Shown piece by piece: positions 40,801-49,484 of a stretch of DNA of 64,000 nt. The position numbers and the translations under genes are program-made. How positions within the stretch are numbered: the stretch's first letter is position 1; every line of letters starts with the position of its first letter. Source of the DNA: Eledone cirrhosa (Eukaryota); assembly GCA_964016885.1 (NCBI GenBank), contig OZ024742.1, forward strand, positions 210,986,001 through 211,050,000, written 5' to 3'. The notes under the pieces were generated by a model that saw only the letters and a program-made list of their open reading frames with translations, did no database searches and was not told the origin of the DNA.

Positions 40801-43800
40801 TTCATGCTTTGCCGTTCACGTATATTTCTATTACACATCCATCGGAGCGACTATATAAATACCAGTTGACTATATAGATACCAGTTGATTATATAAATAC
40901 CAGTTGACTATATAAATACCAGTTGATTGTATAAATACCAGTTGATTGTATGAATACCAGTTGATTGTATAAATACCAGTTGATTGTATGAATACCAGTT
41001 GACTGAATAAATACTAGTTAATATAAATATTGATTCTGTTAAGCAAAAATCGGTTTTGTATTATAACCAAAAGAAATCAATATCATTGATGTTCAAATGG
41101 CAATGGAATAATTGTAGCAGTAGAGAAATGAACTTTCTTTCAGTAATGAATTACATCATTTTCTGATCCAAGTCAGGGCAGGGTCAACACAAATTTCTTT
41201 CTAGATTCTTGATACAATAAGTACTAATCATATTGTAGGGTTCATTCAATTAAATATTCACTTTCCTAGCTAATTTAGGATTTTATGTTATACAATACTA
41301 GACAACACAGTGTTTACTGACATGTTTTCAGTTAATTTTGGGGCACTGAAATCTAAAATTGCTTTTTTTTTTCGTTCTGTAACATACTCCTATATTTTGA
41401 TAATCAACGTAAAGTATTTGATTGCAATAACACTGACCTATACACATTTTGGTGCCTAAGAAGTTAGACCAATTCATGGATATGTTTTAGGCACTGAATC
41501 CAAGTTTTGTCATATCTAGTTCTGGATATATAGCATATCCACCCATGCATTGGAATTCAGGACCTTAGTAACAGCTTGTGTTTTGGTGTCATAGTATTTA
41601 GACCTGTATTTGGGTATATTTGGATTACTGATTCTAAGAATGGCATCAGTTTGGCTTTATCAATTCTAATTAATGATCTGATATTTTAATACAAATATAA
41701 GAATGTTAATACAACTAATATATTACATGCTCTTAAATCAATCACGTATTACTAAATCAGTTTATTTCATCACAAAAGCTAAAAGTAAAGGCATTGAACA
41801 AAGATGTCCGTCTTGACTACTTAAAGCAGGAATTTTTTTTATGGTTTCCATAAAGGCCTTATTTTATTTTTAAAATGGCATTTCATTGACTCAGTTGATA
41901 GCACTAAGTCCTGTACATGGTCTTCATTTTATCAAGTTGTGAAAATGATTTTTGGCAACCATAAGGCAGACAACAACTGTGAATTATTGCAGGATATGCT
42001 CTCCAATTTAAAAAGGAAGATTGGCTGTGTAACATGAGTATCAAAGTTTCCATTGCCTCCACAGTTAGATTGCTTTTCAGAAAAGTTTAGAAGTTAAACT
42101 TCATGTAAAGGTACCAGGGAAGGTGGGCTACTTATATGATGGCAAGTTACTGTGGGAACATTCAGGAGGATTATTCTGCTAAATCACATTCAGAAAGTCA
42201 GTTGTGTTAAATGATTGATCATTTTATATGGTTTGTGTTTATTTTTGTGTTAAAATTACTATAAATTTTAATTCAGAACACTTTTAGCTTTTATGTTGAG
42301 ATAAACTGATTTAGTAATATGGGGTTTCTTTAATAGCAATATATGGTTACTCTAATATTATTATTTTGCTATCAAAATGGTATAATTAATTAATTTAAAA
42401 TGGTTGAACAAATCTGATGATATATATTAAATCAGCTGTTTAAATATACCCTAAAATCGGCCTAAATTTTAAGGGACTAAAATGTAAGATGTTACTGGAG
42501 TTCTTAATTTTAGCCCTTAAGTGGACACATCCTTATCATTTTTATGTCTATCAGCTTTTTCATGGGTTTATGGATTGGACAGGGCTTTTTGAGGCATGTT
42601 TGTCTTCTAAGTGCCCAAAGCTGAAATCTAGTCATTCAGTTGATTACATATATGCCATGTGTCTCCTTGAACAGAGCTGACCTGGAGCTAATCACTGTCC
42701 CATACACAATACCTTAAAAGATACAAATTAAAGGAAAATATCAAGAATTTAAAACTATTAATGGCACTTTAGTCCAGACTGGTCCATGTCATATTGCAGT
42801 ATTTTGGAATAGCAATAATAAAATATTATGCTCAAGATAATCTACAAGTAGTAGTATATTCATAAATTACTTGAGCAATCTGACTGTTTCTATTTAATCT
42901 ACTGAACTAAGTTGAAATCTAAAATTTTATTTCTTTGTGTTTATTTTATATTTTGTATGCTGTGTAAAACTTTGTTTAATAGTGAAAAGTATAAATTTGA
43001 ACCTAGTTGCTTCCCCTGTTTTCCATTTTTTTTTTAATGCTTATTTTGCCTCCTGTTGGCCTTCCCTATTTAAATTTTTTTAATTTTATATTTACTTATC
43101 TCTGTCTATCTTGTTTTTAGTTTCTCGGCTGTAAGAAGTACTAGATACTCCCCTTGTCTGTCATGGCTTACTAGCTCTAAACGAGTGTTTAAATTGATTA
43201 AATAGATAAATAACTGTACCAGTACATTACTGGTACTTTATTTTATCGACCCCGTAAGGATGAAAGGCAAAGTTAACCTCGGCGGGATTTGAACTCAGCC
43301 CTAATAATGGTTTCTTTATTGGCCACAAGGGCTGACACAAAGAAAAACATTAGAGACGGCACAGAACAGTACAGGACGATACAAAGTGGGATTTGAACTC
43401 AGAATGGCAAGGGCCGTAACTATGCGTCAAAGCATGGCGTCCGACCCTCTACCGATACTGCCAATCCACTATAACCTCTTTAGATATGTTATTTCAAAAA
43501 GGATTTATCAACCTATATCATCATCATCACTGTTTTATGTCCATTCTTCCACGCTAGCATGGGTTAGACGAGTTGCCCTGTTGTGAGAAATGCTAGGTCA
43601 GGTGACCATGCTTTGCTTATACAGAACTGATTTTGACTTGGTTTTTACAGCTGGATGCCCTTTTTTGATAAATGAGAAGTTTGAATTTGATAAATTTGGT
43701 GCCATTAAGCATGTCACATCTAGAAGAACTGGTAATATAGACAATTTACTTTATAACAGAAACAGTTTTCTTAGCTTATACTTTCTTCCTTTGTTGACTC

Positions 43801-44122
43801 CTTAACATTTAGTTTGGAATAGTCACACATGGGTGCTGTCTGCAACTGTGAATTTGAAGTTGTTCAGTAAATTTTGAAAGAACCGTAAAGTAATAGTTTT
43901 TTTCTCCTCTAAATTTGAAACATTCTAGCCATAACTAGCATTCTTATTTTTTCATGCATTTTGTTTTTCCAGAGTTCCAGAATATATTTTGACTATTGGA
44001 AACGTACTGTAAAGACACTTGTGGAAGAAGATCGAAATTTAGATACATCTATTCTTCATTATATTCCGCCAATTTCCTCACATTTGTACCTTCCAGACCC
44101 TTCTACTCACAGAAGAAATTGA
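4031..44122 (+). CDS. TRPC4AP: TRPC4AP (TRPC4-associated protein / TRUSS), 5'-partial, 23 coding exons in window
   Basis: 23 GT-AG exons join in phase into 2232 nt (743 aa + TGA). Peptides match recalled human TRPC4AP motifs: NFCRILAITISE, EVVYVLGLFLMG, GHNSSCECSP, LKIQFLRL, FWLARAVESYLRG, FDLLGELIKFN, LTQENVSCLNT, FWQDHYLHKDKD. Confidence 0.95.
5352..5462 (+). CDS. TRPC4AP: TRPC4AP exon (KIPGR...IFYEYNGVE)
   Basis: tttacag / gtatga, 111 nt; cf. human IFDLFGGVD. Confidence 0.8.
7074..7779 (-). mobile_element. Hammerhead-bearing non-coding retroelement (retrozyme or Penelope pLTR-like) inside (TA)n
   Basis: 562-bp unit with a ~30-bp terminal direct repeat, a 116-bp inverted copy, and the hammerhead near its 3' end. 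Confidence 0.6.
7152..7233 (-). ncRNA. Type I hammerhead ribozyme motif
   Basis: Minus strand reads actcc-CTGATGA-c-gcaatg...cattgc-a-GAAA-ctaattag-TT-ggagt; stems I, II and III can all pair. Confidence 0.75.
8337..8397 (+). CDS. TRPC4AP: TRPC4AP exon (IILRLLTF...)
   Basis: tttgtag / gtaaga, 61 nt, phase fits the next exon. Confidence 0.75.
9357..9421 (+). CDS. TRPC4AP: TRPC4AP exon (DSEHV...LCLEILIKIIST)
   Basis: polyT-ccag / gtaagt, 65 nt. Confidence 0.8.
10540..10865 (-). mobile_element. tRNA-derived SINE with RTE-type 3' tail (near-identical copy at 47955-48254; decayed copies near 4380 and 28500)
   Basis: A box tggcttagtgg, B box gagttcaattc, core cttgagcaagacactttatttcac, tail cccttgcaagcagggaaaagcggac(GAT)n. 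Confidence 0.8.
10900..13070 (-). mobile_element. RTE LINE remnant (~2.2 kb, frameshifted RT)
   Basis: QFGLVPGKSTTDA, FVDLKMAFDRV, GVHQGSVLS, LLYADDL. Confidence 0.9.
13188..13347 (+). CDS. TRPC4AP: TRPC4AP exon (PKGER...FTLLAQKKTFIAACQLLED)
   Basis: ttcatag / gtaagt; cf. human FTLMTSKKTFLQTATLIED. Confidence 0.92.
14190..14563 (+). repeat. Two tandem RTE-3'UTR/SINE tail copies
   Basis: Both end cccatgcta...aaaatggacgttaaacgatgatg. Confidence 0.7.
15257..15367 (+). CDS. TRPC4AP: TRPC4AP exon (NLPGL...NFCRILAITISEL)
   Basis: tttcag / gtaagt; strong motif match. Confidence 0.95.
15967..16804 (+). mobile_element. Internally deleted mariner with both TIRs
   Basis: caaggtctgttgaaaaagtat ... 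atactttttt aacagaccttg; VITGDKNWVYRY peptide. Confidence 0.8.
16961..17023 (+). CDS. TRPC4AP: TRPC4AP exon (LFAQNKQKR...DVNQ)
   Basis: ttttag / gtttgt, 63 nt. Confidence 0.85.
18098..18290 (+). mobile_element. tRNA-derived MetaSINE-like SINE. Other copies near 14812, 21097, 29552, 32250, 35630, 35860, 39088, 43215(-), 53915(-), 54255, 57772, 58435 and 63618
   Basis: A box tggcagtatcgg, B box gagttcaaatc, central gcctttcatccttacggggtcgataaaataaagtacc resembling the Meta domain. Confidence 0.8.
18657..18725 (+). CDS. TRPC4AP: TRPC4AP exon (ELLLGIPELLPRL)
   Basis: tttcag / gtaagt; cf. human LLSIPGFVERL. Confidence 0.88.
19553..19678 (+). CDS. TRPC4AP: TRPC4AP exon (ELDCWIEWIEN + acidic stretch)
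   Basis: tgtag / gtatgt; cf. human ELEEWYTWLDN. Confidence 0.88.
20521..20995 (+). mobile_element. 5'-truncated RTE LINE with intact (GAT)n tail
   Basis: ORF 20539..20973 has an RTE C-terminus. Confidence 0.9.
21349..21482 (+). CDS. TRPC4AP: TRPC4AP exon (...RVEVVYVLGLFLMGKHRKK)
   Basis: ttctag / gtaagt. Confidence 0.93.
22137..22216 (+). CDS. TRPC4AP: TRPC4AP exon (VQRKLAELKLAPGLNELFDQFIWK)
   Basis: ttccag / gtaagt. Confidence 0.93.
22906..22966 (+). CDS. TRPC4AP: TRPC4AP exon (GHNSSCECSP)
   Basis: tttag / gtaagt. Confidence 0.93.
24538..24596 (+). CDS. TRPC4AP: TRPC4AP exon (EVALKIQFLRLVHSFCDH)
   Basis: aatag / gtaagt. Confidence 0.95.
25969..26024 (+). CDS. TRPC4AP: TRPC4AP exon (YKHLLLSRKELNEI)
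   Basis: tttcag / gtaagt. Confidence 0.92.
26305..26620 (-). mobile_element. RTE 3'UTR-only retroposon (similar copies at 28225, 31785, 36447, 40218, 49690)
   Basis: (CAT)n-accgttttacgtccgttcttccacgctagcatgggttagacggg shared across copies. Confidence 0.8.
26672..27627 (-). mobile_element. CR1-clade LINE, 5'-truncated, uninterrupted frame
   Basis: KYADDIKL...VRPHLEFASPVWNP...VQRRATK...TRGH...FFTLRVAEAWNKLP, then 3'UTR and (ATT)n tail. Confidence 0.9.
28848..28893 (+). CDS. TRPC4AP: TRPC4AP exon (AHAGPMALQNLDYLN)
   Basis: tttcag / gtaagt, 46 nt, needed to keep phase. Confidence 0.82.
28994..29077 (+). CDS. TRPC4AP: TRPC4AP exon (LMCRGSKGLLTKLVEVLKKEP)
   Basis: ttcaag / gtcagt. Confidence 0.92.
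30290..30380 (+). CDS. TRPC4AP: TRPC4AP exon (FWLARAVESYLRGSTSYCDQIFL)
   Basis: tttcag / gtaaat. Confidence 0.96.
31229..31369 (+). CDS. TRPC4AP: TRPC4AP exon (LQSSFDLLGELIKFNID)
   Basis: tttag / gtgagt. Confidence 0.95.
32790..34316. mobile_element. pogo/Tigger-like MITE interrupted by an RTE
   Basis: tactcttgtataagccga start; end split as cagcttat / attcaagtatatatagta. Confidence 0.55.
33270..34300 (-). mobile_element. 5'-truncated RTE LINE
   Basis: GLRVNLAKTKV, WPCSVCRKGVG, RRLQWYGHVMRM, (GAT)n tail. Confidence 0.9.
34360..34560 (+). mobile_element. RTE/BovB-like RT fragment
   Basis: LTISMKKIDIL...LKVVDYLRYLSS. Confidence 0.5.
35239..35347 (+). CDS. TRPC4AP: TRPC4AP exon (NLVDSNMFIRSLILSL)
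   Basis: ttcaag / gtaaga. Confidence 0.93.
36231..36337 (+). CDS. TRPC4AP: TRPC4AP exon (LINIISVQNLTQ)
   Basis: tttcag / gtattg. Confidence 0.93.
37337..37485 (+). CDS. TRPC4AP: TRPC4AP exon (ENVSCLNTTLVFLM)
   Basis: cattag / gtaata. Confidence 0.94.
39659..39725 (+). CDS. TRPC4AP: TRPC4AP exon (FWQDHYLHKDKDCSALEK)
   Basis: tgtag / gtaagg. Confidence 0.95.
39791..39997. mobile_element. piggyBac-like MITE, complete (partial copy at 50440-50636)
   Basis: TTAA TSD; 14-bp TIR ccctttagcattta / taaatgctaaaggg. Confidence 0.85.
40218..40849 (-). mobile_element. RTE LINE 3' end with long 3'UTR
   Basis: ORF 40419..40763 runs into the abundant UTR repeat. Confidence 0.85.
40850..41020. repeat. 19-bp minisatellite, about 9 copies
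   Basis: unit actatataaataccagttg. Confidence 0.9.
41306..42495 (+). mobile_element. Decayed Chapaev-like (CACTA superfamily) DNA transposon
   Basis: Broken peptides FGNHKADN..ELLQDML, NMSIKV, RYQGRW..MMASYC; repeated gcactgaa subterminal motifs; ends approximate. Confidence 0.55.
43973..44122 (+). CDS. TRPC4AP: TRPC4AP terminal exon (SSRIYFDYWKRTV...RRN*)
   Basis: ttccag acceptor, TGA at 44120-44122; cf. human SSCISFSYWKETV. Confidence 0.93.
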   Translation, partial: SSRIYFDYWKRTVKTLVEEDRNLDTSILHYIPPISSHLYLPDPSTHRRN

Positions 44123-47100
44123 GATTCAAGAGACAGTCTGAATAAGTTAAAAGCTATCAGCTGAATCAATTAGCAATCTGCCTAATGTGAAACAAGCCAT
44201 CAGCACTAAGTACTCGTTTTCCTATCAACTTTACAGTTTTTATGAAACTGGAAACACATGTCGATGTTGTTAGTCTCACATCTACTCAAGGGAAAAATCA
44301 AACCTGCTAAATGCTCTCATTAAGCATAGAATGTTGGAGATAATAAAAAATAATTATACATGTGTGTATATGTGAGCGCATGTATATATATGTATATACA
44401 CATAATTATTTTTATAATAATTATAATTATAATCTGTAAACAATGTAAATGAAGTTTTAAAAAATCTGCATGCACACAGATACATACATATATACTTACG
44501 TACACCTATATATAAATATATATGTTTAGGATGTCAGTGGTCCCACTTCAGAACTGACTAACCCTTGCTAGCAGGGAAAGTGGACATTAAATGATGATGA
44601 GTGTGTATATGTATGTGTATGTATGTATATATATATATATGAGTGAGCGTGTATATATAGATACATATATATATGAGTGAGCGTGTATATATATATATAT
44701 ATATACACTATTTTTTTCATTTACGTTATTCTTCTAATTTTTTGTAAGAAAAAAAAAAAGAAAAAAAATTGAAAAAAACAACAAAAACATTTTCTGGAAG
44801 AAGGTAAGAGTAGTGCAAAGCTGTGTGATAAAGCAGGGAAGAATAAGACAATATCTCAATATCAAAAGTTATGCCTCTTTTTTCATACATATTTAAATAT
44901 AAATAAATTGGATATATATGTATGTATATGTGTGTGTGTGAGAATAATGTGGTGCATATGTTTGTATGTATTTATTTAATTTTGATTTATTCATTTTTCT
45001 TAATTTCAGGAATGTAACTTTGAATGAATTTACCAAAGTAAGAATGGGAAACTGTTTTCATATAAGAATTAAGAACCATTTGGAATATTTTTTATTTATT
45101 TAATGTTCTATTTACACACACTTCTCTCTTCCCCTGTATTAATTCATAATCAAAGTACAAATATGTGCCAGTCTCCTCTAGCACAAACTGCTTATAAATT
45201 GAATTCTAAAGAAAATTTAAAAGCTTTCATCCAGAAATGTTTTAATTAGCTTGCCGTTATAGTCTATATTCTTTAATATTTTTAACATTGTTATTAATGA
45301 TATTAAAACATATTTTTCTCTTACTACCAACACACTCATTCTCTCTCCACAAATACATATAAAATATTTAAATAGTCTGTAAATTGACAGTCAATTTGAA
45401 TATGCCATTTTTATATATTGCTATATTTCTCTAAATTTCTTTTATTATTGGGCATATTTCGGTTTGGTTAATGTCCCCTCCCCCCCTCACTAAATGTTCG
45501 TATGTGTAATTATTTTATTCAAGTTTATTTTCAATGAACATTTTGAAGATTTATATTCAAAAGATTTTTTTCCCACCATAACTTTGCAACAAGGATTTTA
45601 CTATAAAATAAAAATGAATTTCACACACAAGTGTGTAAAGATTTTCTTAAATGTTTCTTTTCCTTTACTCATTTTCTTATTTTCTACTATCATCTCTATT
45701 CTTTTAAAAATATAGTTATAGCTCTTTTTAGGTTGGAAACATTTTTTAATGTAATTTTGTTAAAAGATTCTATAACAGTAAATTAAAATATGAAGCAATG
45801 ATAGCAGTTGCAATCTTAGAATAAAGATTAATAACTGATATGTAACACTTCTGAATATATTTTAGTGAGTTTAAAATGTATGTATGTTTAAGTTAGAGCT
45901 TCTTGACATGTCAACACAATGGGACTTCGCAAAAACAGCAGTTTGATGGACACCTGGTGGGAAGAAGTTCTTAAAAGATTGCAATTACAGAGTTCTAACA
46001 GTGCCTGAGGCTGCAGAGTCAATTTATTTGACTATGCTCTCTTATTTACTCAACTCCCAAAGGAGGAAAGGCAAAGTCAACCTCGAAAGGATTTGAACTC
46101 TGGATGTAAAGAGATGTAAGCTAAATACTGCAAATTATTTTGTCATCCAGTGTACCCTTAAAACAGTAATAATATAGTGGATGACTTGGCTGTTCCAAGT
46201 ATTTAGTAAACTTTTGTATACCTACTTTCTTTAAATTTAGATGATAAATAAAATTAATATAAAAACCATCATGTGGAGAAATTGAAGTATGGAGAAACTG
46301 TTTTACTCTTTCCATACCTGAGCTCCAGCCACATTGAAAATTAAAGAACAGAAGATGAAAGCTGAACTAATTTTTGCTTAATTTGTGTCTCAAAATAACA
46401 TAGTTTATTTTTAGTTCAAAGCTGAGTGAGTTGAATATTATTATAAATAATTTTTCCAAATGACAGAAATGTGTTGTTAAAAAAAAGATTTAAATATTCA
46501 GTATTTATTTGCAGTGGTAAGTTAATATAATAAAAATGGTGAAAAACTATATCAGTTTCATCCTTCCGGAACTACAAGGTTGAAGAATGTGGGAAGAGTC
46601 TGTATATGATTAAGATCCTCGGAGACTGAAGAAAATTAAATGACAAGGTCAAGTAAATGCAGTTAGCATTTAGTCTGAACTCGTGAAGTAAAACAGGATC
46701 AGTGAGGAAGTTCTAAGCTGTTTAGGTCTAGAATAAAAATAATTAGCCATTAGTATGGAATTTGTTATTTGATGGGGACACAATAAAGGTTTAAAGAGTA
46801 TGTTTAGCAAAGTACTAATTGTGGTATAAGAATGAGAGAAAGGCTTGGCAATTGGCCAGTAGTTGTGTAGTGTTCATCTGTGAAAAGTATTTCAAAAGTA
46901 GAGAGGGAATGTAAGGATTTATTATGCAAACTTGACTAGATAATAATTGCATTATTGTAAATATCATTGTCAAGTCTGACTTCCATTTATGATAAGTGCT
47001 GTATGGGTCAATTTTCCAGTAAATCCTTGCGTGACAGTTAAATACAGCTTAAAGCAAAGTTATTGCCCTTGACATCAAAGTTGGGTGATGTGGAATAGAT

Positions 47101-49243
47101 ATCCAGCAGATATGATTGAGTATAGTAAAAGTAGACATTTTTTATCCATACCTTGGGAATGTTTAAAGTTATATAGTAATAAGTGTGAGAAAGCTTACCT
47201 TCATTTAGGATATGACTCGGTTGCCTGTCGGTATATCTGAAGAGTAAGTAAGTGGTGTGACGAGGCATGGAAAAGAGCATAATTTTTCAGAGTAATCATT
47301 GGAATGCCATTAAGCCCTGTTGATCTAATAATGGTTGCTAAATAAGGTTGCAATTTTGACACTGCCCACTTTTCTACTCCCAGGAGTGTTTCTTCTTTAG
47401 AATACTATGTATGCATTTCTTCACTATGTGCATACTGTACTTCGTTAACTCAGTTTTCAAACTGAAATCTTTAAGTTCTTTGATAACTGAAGTAAAATTT
47501 TATTTTCTAGGTATATAAATTGAACAAAATAATACATTACGACCAAAACACTATGCAAAGTTGGTAACATTTTCATTGGTGCTCCAAAGACGTAAAAGCT
47601 GTTATTTTAATCTATTTAATGAAAGTCTATCACCTTGCTTTATATGTCAAACTAAAGGAATATTTAATTAAAAGTGCTTTTACAATTATAATAATGTATA
47701 ATTATTTTCTACATAAGCACAAAACTATGGATATATGGAGGAGATAAAGTAAGAAATTGTGATAGAGGTGTAATGACAACAAAATGTTGAAATTCTATTT
47801 TTCTATGTGAAAATGTTATTGTCATTTTGGTGTATTTTGACAAATCCTACATACTTCTACGTGTCACTATATTCCCATCTTCAGACTTGTTGTTGCTGTT
47901 TAGGTTATGATTCAGACATTTATTGCTCTAGAATCTGCATGTGTGACATGGGATATCATCATCATTTTACGTCCACTTGCTTGCAAGGGTGGGATGGGAA
48001 CTGATTCTGGCTTCCCTTCCTAACACCAACCTCATTTACAGTGAGTGCTGGGTGTTTTTTTGCCGTGGCACCTCCACGACCACTTTGCAGTCGAATGATA
48101 GGGACTGGGGTCCCTATCATCTCATTTCTACAGCTGAGTAAACTGGAGCAATGTGAAATAAAGTGTCTTGCTCAAGGAAACAACACATCACCCGGTCTGA
48201 GAATTGAACTCACAACCTTTCGATTGCAAGGCCAATGCTCTAACCACTAAGCCAATCTCTCAAATATATAGTATTGCTTTCAAATAGTTCCCAAACCTAA
48301 ATCGCTTGAGCCATAATTCACCAAAACATCATTGTTCTTGTGGTACTGAAAGTGAGATTGATAGTCAATAGGCTATTAGACAACCACTCAAAAGTTCAAT
48401 TAATTTGTCTTGTCAAGTTTTTGGCCAAGAGACTTAACTCTCAAACAACCATGTCCACATAGCTAAAAAATAGGTACCACATTGCAGGAATAACTTGCTA
48501 CTGTTGGCTGCAGCAGAACTGTAAAATTGATATGTGTCCCATAGGATTACATTGCTGAATTCAACTCATGTAAACAGAAATAAATCATTTCGTCCTCATA
48601 AATGAGCCTGCCAGTCATGGTTGATGTACAATGGTCTATTTCATATTAAATATATTGACCATCAAATGAACGTCTACAACCTATCAAATTTATTTAAGTA
48701 GACTTTCTGACTGAGGTAACAAACTAATATATATAATAAATCAATTTTTCATTTTCAAAACCGTTTTAAATTCATCTTTCCAAGAATATTTTTTAAAATA
48801 TTAGTATGTTGGAACTAGTATAAAAATGTTACTTTTTCTAGGCATTCAGAAACAAGTAATGAGGTTTTTCCTATAATACTTTGACCATGTAGCCATTGAG
48901 TGTCTACAAAACTTTTGATGTAGATTAGAAAATTAGAGTCCTCAGTTAAAACAATATTTTTAATGCATTGTAAAAACAAATAGCTCATTTAAAAATTTCA
49001 GACAACTTTTTTATAAAATAAAATAAAAATTCATGGTAAATTTTTCCAAGATGCATAATTTTCTACATCAGCATAAAATGAAATAAAATGAATGTATCAA
49101 AATAGTTTCCAATGATAGTACAGATGAAAGTTACAACAAAAAAATATTTTATTAAATATTCAACATCAATACTGAAGTTAAGTCTTTCTTTCTATACACT
49201 ATACATCACCAACTGAGATTTTGTTTTAAATAATTGTACAGTC

Positions 49244-49484
49244 TCATAATTTCCAGTCCCAGGGTATACATATTCGGCCATCTTGCATCACTGAATAGTA
49301 GTGGGAAACTTGAATGTGTAAATTGTTCATGGACTTTAATATATTTAGGTTATCCTTTTTCTCTAATAGACGAGTACAAAAATTAGCCATTTGATAATGA
49401 GATATTGTGTCATCTTTTTTTAATGTGGAAAACTTAAATTCCTTCAGACATTTTGCATGTGCAGTTCTTTCAATTTCAACTAAC
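49244..49484 (-). CDS. TCAIM: TCAIM terminal exon
   Basis: tttcag acceptor (ct at 49485-6), TGA at 49246-49244. Confidence 0.93.

Noticed and set aside
46550-47350. Possible extra gene between TRPC4AP and TCAIM
   Set aside because: No coherent spliced frame. It looks like a very old LINE remnant, as do 23630-24080, 24640-24940 and 56600-57220, all too decayed to name.
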